This document shows positions 50,501-62,500 of a DNA stretch of 64,000 bases, piece after piece. Source of the DNA: Heterodontus francisci (Eukaryota). A program made the position numbers and the translations under genes. The stretch is taken from positions 50,190,430-50,254,429 of the forward strand of contig NC_090399.1 in assembly GCF_036365525.1 (NCBI RefSeq), in the 5' to 3' direction. The notes under the pieces are model-generated. The model did no database searches and was not told where the DNA came from. It saw nothing but the letters and a program-made list of their open reading frames with translations. The number at the start of each line of letters is the position of its first letter. Positions within the stretch are counted from its first letter, which is position 1.

Positions 50501-53500
50501 AGATAGAAATGGGGGTTAGAGTCACAGTCTGATCAGAGGGGAAAGGGGATCCAGTATCAGATAGAAATGGGGGTTAGAGTCACAGTCTGATCAGAGGGGA
50601 AAGGGGATCTGGTATCAGGTAGAAATGGGGGTTCGTGTCACAGTCCGATCAGAGGGGAAATGGGATCTGGTATCAGATAGAAATGGGGATTAGAGTCACA
50701 GTCTGATCAGAGGGGAAAGAGGATCTGGTATCAGGTAGAAATTGGGGTTCGTGTCACAGTCCGATCAGAGGGGAAATGGGATCTGGTATCAGGTAGAAAT
50801 GGGGGTTCGTGTCACAGTCTGAACAGAGGGGAAAGGGGTTCCAGTTTCAGATAGAAATGGGGGTTCGAGTCACAGTCTGATCAGAGGGGAAAGGGGATCC
50901 AGTATCAGATAGAAATGGGGGGTTGGAGTCACAGTCCGATCAGGGGGGAAAGGGGATCCAGTAGCAGATAGAAATGGGGATTAGAGTCACAGTCTGATCA
51001 GAGGGGAAAGAGGATCTGGTATCAGGTAGAAATTGGGGTTCGTGTCACAGTCCGATCAGAGGGGAAAGGAGATCCTGTATCAGATAGAAATGGGGGTTAG
51101 AGTCACAGTGGGATCAGGGGGGAAAGGGGATCCAGTATCAGATAGAAATGGGGGGTTGGAGTCACAGTCTGATCAGAGGGGAAAGGGGATCCAGTATCAG
51201 ATAGAAATGGGGGGTTGGAGTCACAGTCCGATCAGGGGGGAAAGGGGATCCAGTAGCAGATAGAAATGGGGGGCAGAGTCACAGTCTGATCAGCGGGGAA
51301 AGGGGATCCTGTATCAGAGAGAAATGGGGGTTAGAGTCACAGTATGATCAGAGGGGAAAGGGGATCCAGTATCAGATAGAAATGGGGGTTAGAGTCACAG
51401 TCTGATCAGAGGGGAAAGGGGATCCTGTATCAGATAGAAATGGGGGTTAGAGTCACAGAATGATCAGGGGGGAAAGGGGATCCAGTATCAGATAGCAATG
51501 GGGGTTACAGTCACAGTCTGATCAAAGGGGAAAGGGGATACATTATCAGATAGAAATTGGGGTTGGAGTCACAGTCTGATCAGAGGGGAAAGGGGATCGA
51601 GTATCAGATAGAAATGGGGGTTAGAGTCACAGTCTGATCAGAGGGGAAAAAGGATCCTGTATCAGATAGAAATGGGGGTTAGAGTCACAGTCTGATCAGG
51701 GGGGAAAGGGGATCCTGTATCGGATAGAAATGGGTTTAGACTCACAGTCCGATCAGAGGGGAAAGGGGATCCAGTATGAGATAGAAATGGGGGGTTGGAG
51801 TCACAGTCTGATCAGAGGGGAAAGGGGATCCATATCAGATAGAAAAGGGGGGTTGGAGTCACAGTCCAATCAGGGGGGAAAGGGGATCCAGTAGCAGATA
51901 GAAATGGGGGGTTAGAGTCACAGTCTGATCAGAGGGGAAAGGGGATCCAGTAGCAGATAGAAATGGGGGGTTAGAGTCACAGTCTGATCAGGGGGGAAAG
52001 GGGATCCAGTATCAGATAGAAATGGGGGGTTAGAGTCACAGTCTGATCAGAGGGGAAAGGGGATCCATATCAGATAGAAATGGGGGGTTGGAGTCACAGT
52101 CCGATCAGGGGGAAAAGGGGATCCAGTATCAGATAGAAATGGGGGTTAGAGTCACAGACTGATCAGGGGGGAAAGGGGATCCTGTATCAGATAGAAATGG
52201 GGGGTTAGAGTCACAGTCTGATCAGGGGGGAAAGGGGATCCAGTAGCAGATAGAAATGGGGGTTAGAGTCACAGACTGATCAGAGGGGAAAGGGGATCCA
52301 GTATCAGATAGAAATGGGGGGTTAGAGTCACAGTCTGATCAGGGGGGAAAGGGGATCCTCTATCAGATAGAAATGGGGGTTAGAGTCACAGTCTGATCAG
52401 AGGGGAAAGGGGATCCTGTATCAGATAGAAATGGGGGTTAGAGTCACAGTCTGATCAGAGGGGAAAGGGGATACTTTATCAGATAGAAATGGGGGGTTGG
52501 AATCACAGAATGATCAGAGGGGAAAGGGGTCCAGTTTCAGATAGAAATGGGGTGTTGGAGTCACAGTCTGATCAGAGGGGAAAGGGGATCTAGTATGAGA
52601 TAGAAATGGGGGTTCGAGACACAATCTGATCAGAGGGGAAAAAAGATCCCGTATCAGATAGAAATGGGGGTTAGAGTCACAGTCTGATCAGGGGGGAAAG
52701 GGGTTCCTGTTTCGGATAGAAATAGGGGTTAGAGTCACAGTCCGATCAGACGGGAAAGGGGATCCAGTATCAGATAGAAATGGGGGTTAAAGTCACAGTC
52801 TGATCAGGGGGGAAACGGGATCCAGTATCCGATAGAAATGGGGGTTAGAGTCACAGTCTGATCAGAGGGGAAAGGCGATCCAGTATCAGATAGAAATGTG
52901 GGTTAAAGTCACAGGCTGATCAGAGGGGAGAGGGGATCCAGTATCAGATAGAAATGGGGGTTCGAGTCACAGTCTGATCAGAGGGGAAAGGGGATCTGGT
53001 ATCAGATAGAAATGGGGATTAGAGTCACAGTCTGATCAGAGGGGAAAGGGGATCTGGTATCAGGTAGAAATGGGGGTTCGTGTCACAGTCCGATCAGAGG
53101 TGAAATGGGATCCAGTATCAGATAGAAATGGGGGGGTTAGTGTCACAGTCCGATCAGAGGGGAAATGGGATCCAGTATCAGATAGAAATGGGGGGGTTCG
53201 TGTCACAATCTGATCAGAGGGGAAAGGGGATCCAGTATCAGATAGAAATGGATGTTAGGGTCACAGTCCGATGAGAGGGGAAAGGGGGTCCAGTATCAGA
53301 TAGAAATGGGGATTCGAGTCACAGTCTGTTCAGAGGGGAAAGGGGATCCAGTATCAGATAGAAATGGGGGGTTAGAGTCACAGTCTGATCAGAGGGGAAA
53401 TGGGATCCTGTATCAGATAGAAATGGGGGTTAGAGTCACAGTCTGATCAGAGGGGAAAGGGGATCAAGTATCACATAGAAATCGGGGTTTCGAGTCACAG

Positions 53501-56500
53501 TCTGATCAGAGGGGATAGGGGATCCTGTATCAGATAGAAATGGGGGTTAGAGTCACAGTCTGATCAGAGGGGAAAGGGGATCCAGTATCAGATAGAAATG
53601 GGGGTTAGAGTCACAGTCTGATCAGAGGGGAAAGGGGATCCAGTATCAGATAGAAATGGGGGGTTAGAGTCACAGAATGATCAGAGGGGAAATGGGATCC
53701 TGTATCAGATAGAAATGGGGGTTAGAGTCACAGTCTGATCAGAGGGGCGAGGGGATCCAGTATCAGATAGAAATGGGGGTTCGAGTCACAGTCTGATCAG
53801 AGGGGAAAGGGGATCTGGTATCAGATAGAAATGGGGATTAGAGTCACAGTCTGATCAGAGGGGAAAGGGGATCTGGTATCAGGTAGAAATGGGGGTTCGT
53901 GTCACAGTCCGATCAGAGGTGAAATGGGATCAAGTATCAGATAGAAATGGGGGGGTTAGTGTCACAGTCCGATCAGAGGGGAAATGGGATCCAGTATCAG
54001 ATAGAAATGGGGGGGTTCGTGTCACAATCTGATCAGAGGGGAAAGGGGATCCAGTATCAGATAGAAATGGATGTTAGGGTCACAGTCCGATGAGAGGGGA
54101 AAGGGGGTCCAGTATCAGATAGAAATGGGGATTCGAGTCACAGTCTGTTCAGAGGGGAAAGGGGATCAAGTATCACATAGAAATCGGGGTTTCAAGTCAC
54201 AGTCTGCTCAGAGGGGAAAGGGGATCCAGTATCAGATAGAAATGGGGGGTTAGAGTCACAGTCTGATCAGAGGGGAAATGGGATCCTGTATCAGATAGAA
54301 ATGGGGGTTCGTGTCACAGTCTGATCAGAGGGGAAAGGGGATCTGGTATCAGATAGAAATGGGGATTAGAGTCACAGTCTGATCAGAGGGGAAAGAGGAT
54401 CTGGTATCAGGTAGAAATTGGGGTTCGTGTCACAGTCCGATCAGAGGGGAAATGGGATCTGGTATCAGGTAGAAATGGGGGTTCGTGTCACAGTCTGAAC
54501 AGAGGGGAAAGGGGTTCCAGTTTCAGATAGAAATGGGGGTTCGAGTCACAGTTTGATCAGAGGGGAAAGGGGATCCAGTATCAGATAGAAATGGGGGGTT
54601 GGAGTCACAGTCCGATCAGGGGGGAAAGGGGATCCAGTAGCAGATAGAAATGGGGATTAGAGTCACAGTCTGATCAGAGGGGAAAGAGGATCTGGTATCA
54701 GGTAGAAATTGGGGTTCGTGTCACAGTCCGATCAGAGGGGAAAGGAGATCCTGTACCAGATAGAAATGGGGGTTAGAGTCACAGTGGGATCAGGGGGGAA
54801 AGGGGATCCAGTATCAGATAGAAATGGGGGGTTGGAGTCACAGTCTGATCAGAGGGGAAAGGGGATCCAGTATCAGATAGAAATGGGGGGTTGGAGTCAC
54901 AGTCCGATCAGGGGGGAAAGGGGATCCAGTATCAGATAGAAATGGGGGTTAGAGTCACAGACTGATCAGGGGGGAAAGGGGATCCTGTATCAGATAGAAA
55001 TGGGGGTTAGAGTCACAGTCTGATCAGAGGGAAAAGGGGATCCAGTATCAGATAGAAATGGGGGGTTAGAGTCACAGTCTGATCAGGGGGGAAAGGGGAT
55101 CCAGTAGCAGATAGAAATGGGGGTTAGAGTCACAGACTGATCAGAGGGGAAAGGGGATCCAGTATCAGATAGAAATGGGGGGTTAGAGTCACAGTCTGAT
55201 CAGGGGGGAAAGGGGATCCTCTATCAGATAGAAATGGGGGTTAGAGTCACAGTCTGATCAGAGGGGAAAGGGGATCCTGTATCAGATAGAAATGGGGGTT
55301 AGAGTCACAGTCTGATCAGAGGGGAAAGGGGATACTTTATCAGATAGAAATGGGGGGTTGGAATCACAGAATGATCAGAGGGGAAAGGGGTCCAGTTTCA
55401 GATAGAAATGGGGTGTTGGAGTCACAGTCTGATCAGAGGGGAAAGGGGATCTAGTATGAGATAGAAATGGGGGTTCGAGACACAATCTGATCAGAGGGGA
55501 AAAAAGATCCCGTATCAGATAGAAATGGGGGTTAGAGTCACAGTCTGATCAGGGGGGAAAGGGGTTCCTGTTTCGGATAGAAATAGGGGTTAGAGTCACA
55601 GTCCGATCAGACGGGAAAGGGGATCCAGTATCAGATAGAAATGGGGGTTAAAGTCACAGTCTGATCAGGGGGGAAACGGGATCCAGTATCCAATAGAAAT
55701 GGGGGTTAGAGTCACAGTCTGATCAGAGGGGAAAGGGGATCCAGTATCAGATAGAAATGTGGGTTAAAGTCACAGTCTGATCAGAGGGGAGAGGGGATCC
55801 AGTATCAGATAGAAATGGGGGTTCGAGTCACAGTCTGATCAGAGGGGAAAGGGGATCTGGTATCAGATAGAAATGGGGATTAGAGTCACAGTCTGATCAG
55901 AGGGGAAAGGGGATCTGGTATCAGGTAGAAATGGGGGTTCGTGTCACAGTCCGATCAGAGGTGAAATGGGATCCAGTATCAGATAGAAATGGGGGGGTTA
56001 GTGTCACAGTCCGATCAGAGGGGAAATGGGATCCAGTATCAGATAGAAATGGGGGGGTTCGTGTCACAATCTGATCAGAGGGGAAAGGGGATCCAGTATC
56101 AGATAGAAATGGATGTTAGGGTCACAGTCCGATGAGAGGGGAAAGGGGGTCCAGTATCAGATAGAAATGGGGATTCGAGTCACAGTCTGTTCAGAGGGGA
56201 AAGGGGATCAAGTATCACATAGAAATCGGGGTTTCAAGTCACAGTCTGCTCAGAGGGGAAAGGGGATCCAGTATCAGATAGAAATGGGGGGTTAGAGTCA
56301 CAGTCTGATCAGAGGGGAAATGGGATCCTGTATCAGATAGAAATGGGGGTTAGAGTCACAGTCTGATCAGAGGGGAAAGGGGATCCAGTATCAGATAGAA
56401 ATGGGGGTTAGAGTCACAGTCTGATCAGAGGGGAAAGGGGATCTGGTATCAGGTAGAAATGGGGGTTCGTGTCACAGTCCGATCAGAGGGGAAATGGGAT

Positions 56501-59500
56501 CTGGTATCAGGTAGAAATGGGGGTTCGTGTCACAGTCTGATCAGAGGGGAAAGGGGATCTGGTATCAGATAGAAATGGGGATTAGAGTCACAGTCTGATC
56601 AGAGGGGAAAGAGGATCTGGTATCAGGTAGAAATTGGGGTTCGTGTCACAGTCCGATCAGAGGGGAAATGGGATCTGGTATCAGGTAGAAATGGGGGTTC
56701 GTGTCACAGTCTGAACAGAGGGGAAAGGGGTTCCAGTTTCAGATAGAAATGGGGGTTCGAGTCACAGTCTGATCAGAGGGGAAAGGGGATCCAGTATCAG
56801 ATAGAAATGGGGGGTTGGAGTCACAGTCCGATCAGGGGGGAAAGGGGATCCAGTAGCAGATAGAAATGGGGATTAGAGTCACAGTCTGAACAGAGGGGAA
56901 AGAGGATCTGGTATCAGGTAGAAATTGGGGTTCGTGTCACAGTCCGATCAGAGGGGAAAGGAGATCCTGTATCAGATAGAAATGGGGGTTAGAGTCACAG
57001 TGGGATCAGGGGGGAAAGGGGATCCGGTATCAGATAGAAATGGGGGGTTGGAGTCACAGTCTGATCAGAGGGGAAAGGGGATCCAGTATCAGATAGAAAT
57101 GGGGGGTTGGAGTCACAGTCCGATCAGGGGGGAAAGGGGATCCAGTAGCAGATAGAAATGGGGGTTAGAGTCACAGTCTGATCAGAGGGGAAAGGGGATC
57201 TGGTATCAGGTAGAAATGGGGGTTCGTGTCACAGTCCGATCAGAGGGGAAATGGGATCTGGTATCAGGTAGAAATGGGGGTTCGTGTCACAGTCTGATCA
57301 GAGGGGAAAGAGGATCTGGTATCAGGTAGAAATTGGGGTTCGTGTCACAGTCCGATCAGAGGGGAAATGGGATCTGGTATCAGGTAGAAATGGGGGTTCG
57401 TGTCACAGTCTGAACAGAGGGGAAAGGGGTTCCAGTTTCAGATAGAAATGGGGGTTCGAGTCACAGTCTGATCAGAGGGGAAAGGGGATCCAGTATCAGA
57501 TAGAAATGGGGGGTTGGAGTCACAGTCCGATCAGGGGGGAAAGGGGATCCAGTAGCAGATAGAAATGGGGATTAGAGTCACAGTCTGATCAGAGGGGAAA
57601 GAGGATCTGGTATCAGGTAGAAATTGGGGTTCGTGTCACAGTCCGATCAGAGGGGAAAGGAGATCCTGTATCAGATAGAAATGGGGGTTAGAGTCACAGT
57701 GGGATCAGGGGGGAAAGGGGATCCAGTATCAGATAGAAATGGGGGGTTGGAGTCACAGTCTGATCAGAGGGGAAAGGGGATCCAGTATCAGATAGAAATG
57801 GGGGGTTGGAGTCACAGTCCGATCAGGGGGGAAAGGGGATCCAGTAGCAGATAGAAATGGGGGGTAGAGTCACAGTCTGATCAGCGGGGAAAGGGGATCC
57901 TGTATCAGATAGAAATGGGGGTTAGAGTCACAGTATGATCAGAGGGGAAAGGGGATCCAGTATCAGATAGAAATGGGGGTTAGAGTCACAGTCTGATCAG
58001 AGGGGAAAGGGGATCCTGTATCAGATAGAAATGGGGGTTAGAGTCACAGAATGATCAGGGGGGAACGGGGATCCAGTATCAGATAGAAATGGGGGTTACA
58101 GTCACAGTCTGATCAAAGGGGAAAGGGGATACTTTATCAGATAGAAATGGGGGTTAGAGTCACAGTCTGATCAGAGGGGAAAGGGGATCCATATCAGATA
58201 GAAATGGGGGGTTGGAGTCACAGTCCGATCAGGGGGGAAAGGGGATCCAGTATCAGATAGAAATGGGGGTTAGAGTCACAGACTGATCAGAGGGGAAAGG
58301 GGATCCAGTATCAGATAGAAATGGGGGGTTAGAGTCACAGTCTGATCAGGGGGGAAAGGGGATCCTGTATCAGATAGAAATGGGGGTGAGAGTCACAGTC
58401 TGATCAGAGGGGAAAGGGGATCCTGTATCAGATAGAAATGGGGGTTAGAGTCACAGTCTGATCAGAGGGGAAAGGGGCTCCTGTATCAGATAGAAATGGG
58501 GGTTAGAGTCACAGTCTGATCAGAGGGGAAAGGGGATACTTTATCAGATAGAAATGGGGGGTTGGAATCACAGAATGATCAGAGGGGAAAGGGGTCCAGT
58601 TTCAGATAGAAATGGGGTGTTGGAGTCACAGTCTGATCAGAGGGGAAAGGGGATCTAGTATGAGATAGAAATGGGGGTTCGAGACACAATCTGATCAGAG
58701 GGGAAAAAAGATCCCGTATCAGATAGAAATGGGGGTTAGAGTCACAGTCTGATCAGGGGGGAAAGGGGTTCCTGTTTCGGATAGAAATGGGGGTTAGAGT
58801 CACAGTCTGATCAGAGGGGAAAGGGGATCCAGTATCAGATAGAAATGGGGGTTAAAGTCACAGTCTGATCAGGGGGGAAACGGGATCCAGTATCCGATAG
58901 AAATGGGGGTTAGAGTCACAGTCTGATCAGAGGGGAAATGGGATCCAGTATCAGATAGAAATGTGGGTTAAAGTCACAGTCTGATCAGAGGGGAGAGGGG
59001 ATCCAGTATCAGATAGAAATGGGGGTTCGAGTCACAGTCTGATCAGAGGGGAAAGGGGATCTGGTATCAGATAGAAATGGGGATTAGAGTCACAGTCTGA
59101 TCAGAGGGGAAAGGGGATCTGGTATCAGGTAGAAATGGGGGTTCGTGTCACAGTCCGATCAGAGGTGAAATGGGATCAAGTATCAGATAGAAATGGGGGG
59201 GTTAGTGTCACAGTCCGATCAGAGGGGAAATGGGATCCAGTATCAGATAGAAATGGGGGGGTTAGTGTCACAATCTGATCAGAGGGGAAAGGGGATCCAG
59301 TATCAGATAGAAATGGATGTTCGGGTCACAGTCCGATGAGAGGGGAAAGGGGGTCCAGTATCAGATAGAAATGGGGATTCGAGTCACAGTCTGTTCAGAG
59401 GGGAAAGGGGATCAAGTATCACATAGAAATCGGGGGTTTGAGTCACAGTCTGCTCAGAGGGGAAAGGGGATTGAGTATCAGATAGAAAATGAGGGTTAGA

Positions 59501-62500
59501 GTCACAGTCCGATCAGAGGGGAAATCGGATTGAGTATTAGATAGAAATGGGGGGTTAGAGTCAAAGTCTGATCAGAGGGGAAAGGGGATCCAGTATCAGG
59601 TAGAAATGGGTGGTTAGAGTCAAAGTCTGATCAGAGGGGAAAGGGGATCGAGTATCAGATTGAAATGGGGGTTAGAGTCGCCGTCCGATCAGAAGGGAAA
59701 GGGGATCCAGTATCAGGTAGAAATGGGTGGTTAGAGTCAAAGTCTGATCAGAGGGGAAAGGGGATCCAGTATCAGATAGAAATGGGGGTTAGAGTCACAG
59801 ACTGATCAGAGGGGAAAGGAGATCCAGTATCAGATAGAAATGGGGGTTAGTGTCACAGTCTGATGAGAACGGAAAGGGGATCGAGTATCAGATAGAAATG
59901 GGGGTTGGAGTCACAGTCTGATCAGAGGGGAAAGGGGACTGAGTATCAGATAGAAATGGGGGGTTAGAGTCACAGTCTGATCAGAGGGGAAAGGGGATCC
60001 AGTATCAGATAGAAATGGGGGTTAGAGTCACAGACTGATGAGAGGGGAAAGGGGACTGAGTATCAGATAGAAATGGGGGGTTAGAGTCACAGTCTGATCA
60101 GAGGGGAAATGGCATCCAGTGTCAGATAGAAATGGGGGTCAGAGTCACAGTCTGATCAGAAGGGAAAGGGGATCCAGTATCAGATAGAAATGGAGGTTAG
60201 AGTCACAGTCTGATCAGAGGGGAAAGGGCATCTGGTATCAGATAGAAATGGGGGTGACAGTCACAGTCTGATCAGAGGGGAAAGGGGATCTGGTATCTGA
60301 TAGAAATGGGGGTTCGTGTCACAGTCCGATCAGAGGGGAAAGGGGAAACAGTATCAGATAGAAATTGGGGTTAGAGTCACAGTCTGAACAGAGGGGAAAG
60401 TGGATCCAGTATCAGATAGAAATGGGGGTTAGAGTCACAATCTGATCAGAGGGGAAAGGGGATCAAGTATGACATAGAAATCGGGGTTTCGAGTCACAGT
60501 CTGATCAGAGGGGATAGGGGATCCAGTATCAGATCGAAATGGGGGGTTAGAGTCACAATCTGATCAGAGGGGAAAGGGGATCAAGTATCACATAGAAATC
60601 GGGGTTTCAAGTCACAGTCTGATCAGAGGGGAAAGGGGATCCGGTATCAGACAGAAATGGGGGTCAGTGTCAAAGTCTGATGAGAACGGAAAGGTGATCG
60701 AGTATCAGATAGAAATGGGGGTTAGAGTCACAGACTGATCAGAGGGGAAAGGAGATCCAGTATCAGATAGAAATGGGGGTTAGTGTCACAGTCTGATGAG
60801 AACGGAAAGGGGATCGAGTTTCAGATAGACATGGGGGTTAGAGTCACAGTCTGATCAGAGGGGAAAGGGGATCAAGTATCCGATAGAAATGGGGGGGTCA
60901 GAGTCACAGTCTGATTAGAGGGGAAAGGGGATCCAGTATCAGATAGAAATGGGGGTTAGAGTCACAGACTGATCAGAGGGGAAAGGGGATCCAGTATCAG
61001 ATAGAAATGGGGGTTAGAGTCACAGACTGATCAGAGGGGAAAGGAGATCCAGTATCAGATAGAAATGGGGGTTAGAGTTACAGTCTGATGAGAACGGAAA
61101 GGGGATCGAGTATCAGATAGAAATGGGGGGGTCAGAGTCAGTCTGATTAGAGGGGAAAGGGGATCCAGTATCAGATAGACATGGGGGTTAGAGTCACAGT
61201 CTGATCAGAGGGGAAAGGGGATCAAGTATCCGATAGAAATGGGGGGGGGGGTCAGAGTCACAGTCTGATTAGAGGGGAAAGGGGATCCAGTATCAGATAG
61301 ACATGGGGGTTAGAGTCACAGTCTGATCAGAGTGGAAAGGGGAAACAGTATCAGATAGAAATTGGGGTTAGAGTCACAGTCTGAACAGAGGGGAAAGTGG
61401 ATCCTGTATCAGATAGAAATTGGGGTTAGAGTCACAGTCTGAACAGAGGGGAAAGTGGATCCAGTATCAGATAGAAATGGGGGTTAGAGTCACAATCTGA
61501 TCAGAGGGGAAAGGGGATCAAGTATCACATAGAAATCGGGGTTTCAAGTCACAGTCTGATCAGAGGGGAAATGGGATCCTGTATCAGATAGAAATGGGGG
61601 TTAGAGTCACAGTCTGATCAGAGGGGAAAGGGGATCCAGTATCAGATAGAAATGGGGGTTAGAGTCACAGTCTGATCAGAGGGGAAAGGGGATCTGGTAT
61701 CAGGTAGAAATGGGGGTTCGTGTCACAGTCCGATCAGAGGGGAAATGGGATCTGGTATCAGGTAGAAATGGGGGTTCGTGTCACAGTCTGATCAGAGGGG
61801 AAAGAGGATCTGGTATCAGATAGAAATGGGGATTAGAGTCACAGTCTGATCAGAGGGGAAAGAGGATCTGGTATCAGGTAGAAATTGGGGTTCGTGTCAC
61901 AGTCCGATCAGAGGGGAAATGGGATCTGGTATCAGGTAGAAATGGGGGTTCGTGTCACAGTCTGAACAGAGGGGAAAGGGGTTCCAGTTTCAGATAGAAA
62001 TGGGGGTTCGAGTCACAGTCTGATCAGAGGGTAAAGGGGATCTGGTATCTGATAGAAATGGGGGTTCGTGTCACAGTCCGATCAGAGGGGAAAGGGGAAA
62101 CAGTATCAGATAGAAATTGGGGTTAGAGTCACAGTCTGCTCAGAGGGGAAAGGGGATTGAGTATCAGATAGAAAAGGGGGGTTAGAGTCACAGTCCGCTC
62201 AGAGGGGAAATGGGATTGAGTATCTGATAGAAATGGGGGGTTAGAGTCACAGTCTGATCAGAGGGGAAAGGGGATCCAGTATCAGGTAGAAATGGGTGGT
62301 TCGAGTCAAAGTCTGATCAGAGGGGAAAGGGGATCCAGTATCAGATAGAAATGGGGGTTCGAGTCACAGTCTGATCAGAGGGGAAAGGGGATCCAGTATC
62401 AGATAGAAATGGGGGTTAGAGTCACAGTCTGATCAGAGGGGAAAGGGGACCAACTATCAGATAGAAATTGGGGTTAGAGTCACAGTCTGATCAGAGGGGA

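Noticed and set aside
12104-59499. Repeated 60-80 aa ORFs (MGFVSQSDQRGK..., MLGSQSDERGK...) as a repetitive protein gene
   Set aside because: The 58-bp unit is not a multiple of 3 and contains stops. These ORFs are chance runs created by variant monomers and G-run slippage. They are useful only as positional markers.
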